The position numbers and the translations under genes were made by a program. Shown here piece after piece: positions 29,289 to 41,200 of a DNA stretch of 64,000 bases. The notes below the pieces were generated by a model. It made no database searches and was not told the origin of the DNA. It was given only the letters and a program-made list of their open reading frames with translations. Source of the stretch: a virus; the IMG/VR virus record IMGVR_UViG_3300032242_000468, positions 55,274 to 119,273 of that record; one strand, 5' to 3'. Positions within the stretch are counted from its first letter, which is position 1. Each line of letters begins with the position of its first letter.

Positions 29289-32200
29289 TGCCCGCTAATG
29301 TTTCAAAGGTATCATATTTAGGAAGTACTTCAACAAATAGAAGAACTATTGATTTATTACCTACTATTTTTAAAACAGATAGAAATGCCAAATTCCTAGC
29401 AGGCACAATTGATCAATACTTAGAACCGGCTAAAGTTGAAAGAGTTAATGGATGGGTAGGGACTAAAAATACTCCTACATATAATCCATCTACTGACAAT
29501 TATATTCCTACCAATTCACCTTTAAGATCTGCATATCAGGTTGAGCCTGCTCTCATTGTAAATGATGCTAATTTAAAGCCCCAAGAAACATTGGCTTATG
29601 ACGACTTAATTAATCAATTAAAATTTAACGGTGCTAATGTTTCAAATTTAGGTAAACTTTTTAATCCTGAATTTTATTCTTATAATCCAAATATAAATTG
29701 GGACAAATTAGTTAACTTTGAAAAATATTATTGGATGCCTTACGGCCCTGATGTTGTAACGGTCACTGGTCAATTAAAAAATACTATTAGCAGTTATACG
29801 GTTAGTGATGCTAACGGTAATTTTTTGTTTACTCCTGATGGTTTAACTGAAGCACCCCAGTTAACACTTTATAGAGGTGTTACTTATATTTTTAACATTA
29901 GAAGTACAAAAAAATTCTGGATTAAAACACAACGTGTTGCAGGTACTGATTCGCCTTTCCGTGTTATAACAACTAACGGAATTTCACATGGTCAAATTAT
30001 TTTCACTGTAGACGAAAACACACCTAAAAAATTATTTTATGTTGCCGAAGACAATGTGTTAAATGGCGGCGAGATCGTTATTGAGTCTATAGAAGATAAT
30101 AGCAATTTAAATGTTGTAAATGATATTATTGGTAAATCAACCTTTACATCAGGAAACGGAGTTATATTTTCTAATGGTATGCGTGTTTCTTTTGCCGGAA
30201 ATATTACCCCTGCAGAATATCAAACTGGTGAGTATTTTGTTGAAGGTGTGGGATCTGAAATTAAATTAATAAATGCGGCATCTCTAGAAGTTCCCGAACA
30301 ATTTATCAGCAATTTAGATGATAATTTTGACGGTGCTCCGTTTGACGATTATCCTTTTGATACTTTTATTAATGCTCCATTAACTCCGGAATATGTTACT
30401 ATTGATCGATCAAGCATTGATAGAAATCCCTGGACTAGATACAATAGATGGTTTCACGAAGATGTAATTATTTCTTCTGCAACATATAATAACAGAACTC
30501 CGGTATTGCCAGTAGAGTTGAGAGCAAAGAGACCTATTGTAGAATTTCTTCCTAATTTACAATTATTTAATTTTGGTTCTTTAGCAGTTGAAAATGTGCA
30601 ACATCTTGATAGTACTACAACTGATGTCTTTAATTCTATAGAAGGATCGGAAGGTTTTTATGTAGATGGAGTGGAACTGGCCAACGGTGATAGAATCATT
30701 TTTACAGCAAACACTGACAACTATGTTAATCGACGAGTTTGGATTGTTAATTTTGTACAGGTAGATGGTAAATTAAAAATTGCATTAGTTGAAGATACAG
30801 AACTTTCTATAGGTACTAATGTTGTTATTACTCAAGGAGCTAAACACAAGGGGTCTAGTTGGTGGTTTGATGGAATACAATGGGTATATGCTCAACAAAA
30901 GATTGTGTTAAATCAAGCACCTAGATTTGATGTATTTGATAGCGAAGGTTACGGATTAAGTGACACAGCAAAATATCAAAGTAATTTTACAGGAACAAAA
31001 ATATTTGGGTACGGAATTGGTACCGGCGTTAGTGATAGTATTTTAGGTTTTCCTTTAAAGTATCAAAGTGTTGCTGATCAAGCATTTTATCTATTTGAAA
31101 ATTATTTTACTCAAGATCAAATCACAGTTGTTAATGGGAATCAAACTTCTTATATTTCGTTATCTACAAATTATTTGAAGAAAAATAGTGCAACAGGATA
31201 TAGTTATATAAACATATGGGAAGAATCTCAATCATATACAACTCCTATATTACAATCAGTAGTTCCTACTTCTCCTGCAACTGTTTTAGAAATAACATGT
31301 GTTGATTTTCCGGCTTATCAAAGCCTAACACTAGAAGTATATCGTAATAATATTAAACTTTTTGAAAATATTGATTATACTAGATATGTAGATACCTCTA
31401 GATTGTTTGTACTGTTTACAAAATCTATTCAAACTACTGATCATATTTTATTCAAAGTTTATGGAAATGCTGTTCCTAATAGCAACGGGTTTTATGAAAT
31501 ATCTCCTGGATGGCTAAACAATCCAATGAATGGTGATATTCAAGAATTTACACTATCTGAACTAACTGACCATTTTAAATCAATGGCAGATCGTAATCCT
31601 AAATTTACAGGAAATTATCTAGGATCTAATAACAGTAGAGATCTAATTAATTTTGCCTCTTATGGTACTCGTCTTATAAAAAATAAAAATCCATTAGCAT
31701 TTGCAGGATATTTTATTACTGACCAAACACACAATGTTATATCTGCTGTCACTACTGTAGAACGTCACTATAATCAATTCAAATTAGGATTTATATCACA
31801 AGCAACTGCTTTAAAAGGAATCTATAAACCCTCTAAGGCTGTTGATATAATTCTTCATAATATGAATTTGGCTAAGAATCCGTCGTCCCAATATTATCAT
31901 TCAGATATGTTGGCTTACGGGCCTGATGTAATTTCGAATACTATTACAGTTACAGATTCTCGTAACACTATGTACGGATTGAATTCTACATATGTTTCCG
32001 GAGTTAATAATCCTAGATCAGTTATTGTTTACCATGTTCCGGCATCAACTGGACTAGAATATCAATTATTTTACGGGCATGATTATATATTTGATCAGTA
32101 CGACCCAACAGTTGTAATTACAAAACCGTTGGTCAAGGGAGATAAAATAATTATTTGCGACTATCCTAGTACTGATGGTAGTTTTATTCCTCCTACACCT

Positions 32201-35200
32201 ACTAAATTAGGTCTATATCCTAAATTTACTCCTGCAATTTATTATGATGATTCGTATTCAGGAGATCCTAAACTAGTAATTAGAGGTCACGACGGCAGTA
32301 TCTCTTTAGCATTTAATGATTATCGAGATCAGATAATATTAGAGTTAGAAACTAGAATTTACAATAATATTAAAGTTAATTATAATCCAGAACTTATAAA
32401 CATTCACTCTGTAACTCCTGGGCGTTTTAGAACAACTAAAATAGTAAAGACTACAGTTAATAATATTTTAAGAAGTCAATTCTTAAAATGGAATAATTTT
32501 TATGGATTTGATTATGAGTTAAATGACACTTATTCTGATGATCCTAAAACATGGAATTTTATAACAGCAAATGACCCTGCAACTAAAATACCGCTGTATG
32601 GAAACCATAGAGGAATTTATTCTTATTATTTTGATACAACTACTCCCCATCTAACTCCGTGGGAAATGTTAGGATTTAGTGAAATGCCTGCATGGTGGAT
32701 TGATACCTACGGCCCTGCTCCATATACCAGCGGAAATTTAATTCTATGGGATGACCTTGAAAAGGGTTACGTCAGAGATCCTATGAATTCTCGTATAAAT
32801 CCTTTATACGTAAGAACAGGGTTATCTAAAATTATTCCAGTAGATGAATACGGCAATTTGTTAGATCCTGCTGCCTCTAACATAGCACAAAATGTAAATC
32901 CTAATTCAATTAATTTAAATTGGAAATTTGGTGATCAAGGACCTGTTGAAACAGCATGGCGTAGAAGTAGTCACTATCCATTTAGTATTCAAATATTAAT
33001 GGCTTTAAGTAATCCTGCCAATTATGCTAGTTTGATGTTTGATACCAGTAGAATAAGTATAAATCCTGCATCACAGTATGTTTATAGTGAAACTAATAAT
33101 TTTTTAAAATTATCTGATCTAGTAATCTATGGTGATACTATTAATGGTTCTATTGTAAGAGCAACAGGTTATTCTGCTATGCTTGTAGAAACAGGAAAAA
33201 TTAAAAGTCTAACTTATATTGCTGACTTAAAAACTTATCTATCTAATATGACAATGCAATTGTTGACCAAGGTAGGTGGATTTGTCAGCAAAGATAAATT
33301 AGAAATAATAATTGATTCTATTAATCCGGCCAGTGTTAATCCTGGAGTTGCATTAAGTAACGAAGACTATCAAATTTTCTTAAATCAAAGTAGTGTTGTA
33401 GATAGTATAGGTGTATCTGGAATTATAATACAAAAAACAGATACGGGATATATTTTACGAGGGTACGATAATACTGAACCTTATTTTACATCTTTTACTC
33501 CTATACCCGGGGGAGCAATTACTATTGGCGGGGCAAGTGAACCTTTTGTCAAATGGGCGGCAAGTAGTCCTACTGATTCGGGTCTTACACCCGGAGAACT
33601 ATCAACAGCAGTAACGGCTAACACAGGATACATATTTTATAAAGCAGGACAAGTAGTATATTATAACGGTCGTTATTATAGAGCAAAAGTTGGTCATACC
33701 AGCGGTTCTACATTTAATATAAATTATTTCCAACCATTACCGGCTCTGCCGCACATAGGCGGTATTTCTGTAAATACTCCTGTTAAATTTGATACAACTC
33801 CTGTTGTGACACCTTATGGTGTTACATTTTCAACTTACCAAGAAGTTTACGACTTGATTGTAGGTTACGGTTCTTGGTTAGAAAGTCAAGGTGTAATTTT
33901 TGACGAATACAATTCTGATCTAAATGATATCATGAATTGGAACTACACCGGAAAAGAATTTTTATATTGGGCCAGTCAAGGTTGGTCTTCTAATAGTATA
34001 ATAACGTTAAGTCCTTTTGCTAATAGTTTACAGTATCAAAATTCTACAGCAATGGTTGACGATCTAGGAAATACAGCCTATGAATATAGTGTCTTAAAAG
34101 CAGATGGGAAACCATTACCGATCCATAACCTAAATGCAATAAGACAGGACGGTACAATAAGTGTATCAACTAGAAATACAAATGATGGAATTTATTTTAT
34201 TAGATTTAATAGTGTTCAAAAAGAACATAATCTTATTTTTAATAATACCAGTTTGTTTAACGACATAATTTACAATGTAGAAACTGGATATAGTCAACGT
34301 AGATTAAAATTAAATGGTCTTAGAACTTCTCAATGGGACGGTAGTTTATATAGTCCTGGATTTATCTATGACGAAGCAATGGTTGACAATTGGACTGAAT
34401 ATACAGATTACCATCCCGGCGATGTAGTTTTGTATTCTGGTAATTATTATTCTGCAATTAAAAAACTAACTGGAGTTAGTTCATTTAATTTTAATGATTG
34501 GCAATTATTAGACAAAAAACCTACGGCCCAATTGTTACCTAATTTTGATTATAAAATTAATCAATTCCAGGATTTCTATAGTCTTGATATTGATAACTTT
34601 GATTCCAATCAACAGGCATTAGCCCAGCACTTAATTGGTTATACACCTAGACCATATCTTGATAATATCTTTGCCAATCCAGTTAGCCAATATAAATTTT
34701 ATCAAGGATTTATTAGAGAAAAAGGCACACGTAATTCAATTACTAAACTAGCAAAGGCTAGTAAACAAACACTTGATAGTTATATAGATTATTATGAAGA
34801 GTGGGCATTCAGAGTAGGAGAATTTGGATCATTTGATACTGATTATAGTATAGAATTAAATTTGGATGAAACAAAATTTGAACAAAATCCTCAAATAATT
34901 GAATTTATTCCAACTGCATTTGCCAGTTCTGCATTCCAAACTCGTATCTATCAAACCCCGTCAGACCTAATAATTAAACCTAACAATTATAATAGCCGAC
35001 CTTTTGATACTACATCAACAGTATATTCTGATGTATTCAAATTACCGTATGCAGGATATGTTAGATTAAATGATGTAACTGCAACAGCCTTTAATAAAGC
35101 AACATTAACCAATATATCTAATAGTAGAGGATTATCTGATGGAGATACTATATGGATAGGATTTACAGAAAATCTTGGCTGGGATGTTTATAGGCATACA

Positions 35201-38200
35201 AAATTACCAGCAGTTGTTGTTGATGCATCTATTGTTGTGCAAGGATCATCTCTCTTAATTACAACAGATTCCACACACAATTTAAAAGTAAATGATTATA
35301 TTAATATAACACAATTTGATAATACTATCAATGGAATTTATCAAGTTCAAAAAATTGTATCTAATACACAATTTATTGTTAAGTCAATACTTACAACTTT
35401 GCCCACTGCATTTTTTCCAGGTATAGGAATCCTATTTAAATTTGTATCAGTTAGATTTGAGTTTATAGATGATATTGCTAATCACCCATTAATAAACTCT
35501 CTCGGGTACGGTGAAAAACTATGGATTGATAATGACGGCTCAGGTAGGTGGCTTGTTTTAGAAAAACAACAACCATATAATATTTCTTCATATCAGCCTA
35601 CATCAATAGAAATTGGGTCTAGCATTAATTCTAGATTTTCAGAGCGTATTATCATAGATTCTACTGGTGAAAAAATTATTGTCAGTGCTCCAAATTATCA
35701 AAATACTTTTACAGGAATTGATGGGCTAGTCTATGCGTTACGTAAGAATGGCACAGGTACTAATTCTATTGTAAATGTATCTGAAATTAAATTAAATATT
35801 GACAAAATTGGGACTTACTATAGCACAACCAGTTCGTCTGGATTTGGTAAAGCAGTGGCGTTTGATGCCGATAACGATATTATAATAGCAAGTGCACCAT
35901 ATGCTAGCGGAGTAAAATACACTACAAGTACCTCAACATTCTATAGTGTAACAATCAATGCCGCAACAGGAACTTATGTTAACCAAGGTTTAGTTAAATG
36001 GGAAACTATAAATTATGATTACGAAAGAGTAACAAATAATTTTGTTATTACTAGCCCTGAGCCTCAAAGTAATGCTTATTTCGGTTATGATCTATATTTA
36101 GGAAATATATCTCCTAGTGAAAAATTACTGGCGGTCACTAGCCCTGGTCAAAATTCTAATGCAGGTGCAGTTTATTGGTCGAGATATTCTGTTACCACTA
36201 CAAATACAGTAGTATATATTAATACAATTACTAACACACAACATAAATTAGATCCAATAGAACAACAACCTGTGTCTGGCGATCAATTTGGGTATGCTAT
36301 ATCTGGAGATCTAAAAGGAAATAACTTAGCAGTAAGTGCTCCTGGGTTAACTGACGGGTCTGGCGGAGTTTATATTTTTACCTATGAACCTATTAATTCT
36401 AGATTTACAAATACACAACTCATAAGAGCAATCGATTTAGGAGTTACCTATACCGGTGTAGGTTTTGGTAATTCAATATTGATTGATAACACAGGCAGAT
36501 TTTTGTTTATAAGCGCATCTGGTTCTTTAGATACAGATTACAAGGTTGGAAAAGTGTTTGTATTTTCACGTGTTTACAATGAGTTTGTTTACAGCCAAAC
36601 ACTAGTATGTCCTTTTGATAATTCCGGATTTTTCTTTGGATCAAATTTATCAATTTCGCCTAATGGTAAATCTTTATATATTTCTAGTAGTCAAGCATCG
36701 ACTCAACCAGATATTACATTTGAAAAATATAGTAATACCTATAAATCTTCTTATATAAATGATCCTAATAGTACGCCTACAGTAACTCCTACAACGTTTG
36801 ACGGGAAAACAACAAAATTTAAATCTAAGAGTATTATTGGGAATGGCTCAGTTTATGAATTTGAAAGATTAGACAACAAATTTTACTTTGCTCACGAAGT
36901 TAAAAATCCTAAACCTACATCCTATCAAAATTTTGGATCTAGTATAGCGGCTTCTAATTTTTGCGCCCTTATTGGATCTCCAGGGCAAGTAAATCAAACT
37001 GAATCTGTTGGTTATTTTAATATCTACGACCATTCAAACCTTACATGGAATATACTAAGGCAAGAAGATAATCTTATAAATCTTACTAAAGTTAAAACTG
37101 CAAAAACAATCGATACTACTCAACAGACTATAGTAGACTATCTTGAAATTTATGATCCGTTAAAAGGTCGTATTCCGGCACTGGCTGATCAAGAAATCAA
37201 ATACAAAACAGCATTTGATCCTGCGGTTTATTCTATTGGTGTCCCTGGTGTAACTGTAGATACCAATACAAATTGGTTAGACGAACATGTTGGAGAGTTA
37301 TGGTGGGATCTTAACTCAGTAAAATATGTTTGGTATGAACAAGGCGAATTAGATTTTAGAAATAATTCTTGGGGTAATTTATTCCCTGGTTGCACGATCG
37401 ATGTTTATGAATGGGTGTCTAGTACAAATATGCCTAATCAGTGGAGTGCAATTGCAGATACTAATGCAGGGCTTGGCCAGAATATAAGCGGACAACCTAA
37501 GTTTCCTTCTAATTCTGTTCTTAGTATTAAACAAGTTTATAATGCCACTACAAATGCTCTAACCAATATATATTATTTCTGGGTTAAGAATAAAATTACT
37601 ATACCACAGGTACCTGGTAGAAGCATGAGTGCATATAATGTCTCTCAACTAATTGCAAATCCTAAATCGCAAGGAATGAAATATGTATCTTTGATTGCCA
37701 ATAATGCGTTATCATTAACAAATATGAAACCTAGTGTTGTAGGAACTACTATCAATCTAAACATTGATATGGACTCTACTAATAATGTAGGTAATAAACA
37801 TACAGAATGGTTGTTAGTACAAGAAGGCAATTCCAGTAGTCAATTTAATAATTCCTTAATCCAAAAATTCAAAGATAGTCTATTAGGAAGAGATAGTTTA
37901 GGTAATCCTGTACCTGATCCTGCACTATCTGATAGATTAAAATATGGCGTAAGTATTCGTCCTAGACAAAGTATTTTTAAAGATAGATTCGCCGCTCTAC
38001 GAACACTCACTGAGTATAGTAATGCAACTTTAAGTACTATTAATTTTGTTGGTATTGACAATATAAATTATTTTACCTCAAGTGAAGCCTATGCCCAACC
38101 TGCCGAAGGTGTTTACGATGTAGTAGTTGATTCTGTAGTAGCACGAGATCAAACTATTATAACAAGAAAATTGGCACAGGCTGTTTTATCAGTCTCACTA

Positions 38201-41200
38201 ACTTATGGAAGAATTACCGGAGTAACTATTACAACCGCAGGATACGGATATGGTAAACTTTATCCTATAGAGTATGATATAAACGACAATCCAACATTAT
38301 GGATAGGCCCTACAGTAGAAATTATAGGTGATGGTGTAGATGCTAAAATCATTACTTTTGTAAACACTGTGGGACAAATTGTTCGTACTAAAATAAAGAA
38401 TCCTGGAAAAAATTATACATCTGCTCCTGCGGTTATTGTAAGACCTTTTACAGTTTTAGTTCAGTCTGACGAAACTGTTAATAATCGTTGGAGTTACTAT
38501 ACATGGGATTATACAAATAAAGTTTATTCAAGAATCAAAACCCAAAGTTGGAATACCCCAGAATACTGGTCGTATATTGATTGGAAAGATCCAACATACA
38601 ATAAAAATCAAGATATTAGAAGTACAGTTGATAGTATATATGAACTAGCATACATAGAAAATGTTAAAGCCGGAACTTACGTTAAAGTTAATAATGCAGG
38701 CGATGGTCGTTACATTATTTTAAGGAAAACAAATGGAACTACAGGAACATTTGATAATCAGTTTGATCTAATTTATCAACAAAATGGAACTATTCAAATT
38801 AGTGACATGATTTGGGATAATCAATTTGGGTTTGATTATCAAATTGGGTTTGATCAATTGAAGTATGATCAAAAGCCTGATATAGAAACTGAAAATATTA
38901 TTAACGGTTTATTAAGTCTTGCTACTCAGGAACATTCTAAGTACACTAATTTACTAATGTTTAAATTGGTCAAATACGCTTTGACAGAACAGAAATTTGT
39001 AGATTGGGCATTCAAAACATCATTTATTACTGTGGTTAATAATGCAGGTGCTCTTGACCAACGTCCTACATATAGACTCAATAATGAGACATATTATGAA
39101 CAATATATCAATGAAACCAAGCCTTATCATACAAAAATTCGTAATTTTCAGGCAAATTATACTGCTACAGATTTTACACAGTCATTGACTACTGATTTTG
39201 ACACACCGGCTGTTTATAATACCTTAACACAGAAATTTGTTCCTGTGCAATTAGGTAATTCATTGATGTTAAAATCACCATGGCGCGAATGGTATAAAAA
39301 TTATACCTATCATGTTGATAGTGTAGAAATTTATAGCGGCGGATCGGGCTATCAATACGCACCTCAAGTAGTGTTTAGCCCGGCGCCCGGCGATAGCGGA
39401 TCGGGCGCCGCCGGTGAGGCTTACATCAGCCAAGGTAAAGTTACTAAAGTTATTATTACAAATCCCGGTTCTGGATATGCGGCTACTCCAATAATGACTT
39501 TACTAGGAGGCGGACCAACAACATTAACTCCAGCAAGATTTGGTATCAGAATGAGTAATGGCCTTGTTCGCTCACAGACAATTACATTAAAATTTGATCG
39601 AGTGTCTGGGTATAATGAAATTAATTCTGCACAAACAGAAGATACATTCCGTGCTAACGGTTATTCGGATACTTATAAACTAACCTGGACTCCTACCCCA
39701 GAAAAATCATTGACTAATATTACTGTTAATGGTATTAAACTTTTGTCTGATGCTTATAGTTTTAATATTGGCACAGAAACATTTAACGGTTATACAAAGA
39801 GTTATGGTGAAGTCAAACTAGTAAATGTTCCTCCATACACGGCAACAGTTGTGGTTAACTATGTTAAAGACATTGGATTATACCATGCAGTAGATCGTAT
39901 TCGTGACTACTATAAACCAGAATCGGGAATGCCTGGTAATACAGCCACAATGTTAATGGCAGGATTAGAATATCCTGGTGTTACTGTAGATACACTTCCT
40001 CTTGTATCATCGACAGGCTATGATTCTACTCCTTATGGATCTAACAATTGGGACGACTACGAAACTGAAACTGGATTGTATCAAACAATTGGTAGTGCAA
40101 ATACATCGGTATATACACTAAACTACGTTCCGCAGATTGGTAATACATTAACTGTTTATGTCAATAATATTAGAATATATGGGACTAGCACGTACACTAC
40201 ATCAAGTAATTTAGAACTTGTCAATGGTATAATTCAGCCAGATGGTTATACAAATACAATTAATATTCATCAATTAACTCCAGATGGTTCGATTGGTCCT
40301 ATTGAGATTGACCGAGAAGCAATAGTTACATCTGAAGAGTTAGGAGGCCCGTATGAAAGAATTTCCTTTAATATACCGGCAAACACTGCTACCAATCAAA
40401 TTACCACAAGCGGATGGTTATGTTACATTGATGGAATTACAACTCCATTTAATGTCACTTCTATCAGTACTGGTAGTCCGAGGATTGTTATATTAAACTC
40501 GGGAACAGAATTTATATTAAATTTTCCTGTTAAATTTTATTTGCCAGGAACTCCGCAAATAGTTGATTTTAGGCTTGCAACTAGCGACGGTTCGATACCA
40601 ATTGTAGATCCTGACTTAGATACTTATATTTCTGGAGGACAAGAATTTACAACTAAAGTAACTTCTGGAGTTGCAGATAATCCATCTCCATTATTAGACG
40701 ATATAATCATAGATGGTGATAATCTGGTATCAAGATATAATAGTTATGGCCCTGAAGAAAACTTGCCAGGTAGGGTATCTGAAAGTTTAGGTATTAGTGT
40801 TTATACCCAACCGTCAACTGGCTCTGCACTAAGTGTACTTAGAACTTATATAGCAGATCCTGCTACAAAAACTTATTCTTTAGGAACAACTCCTCCAAAT
40901 GCAGATTCAGTTGAAGTGCTATGCAACAATAATATTATTACTGGGTATTCTATAAATTATATTAATCAAACAATAACACTAACCACAGGAACTTCTGGAT
41001 TGTTATCTGTAAAAACATTAGGAGTTGGTGGTACAAACATATTAGATAAACGTGTTATTATTGCTACAACCAGTACATCGATTATCGATATGGCTCCTCG
41101 ATTAGTTGATGTACATGACCAGTACATTACGCTAAATGGTGTAAAATTAGTAAAGGGTACAGATTTTGTATTATCTGCTGTTAATCTTAGAACGAGAGTT

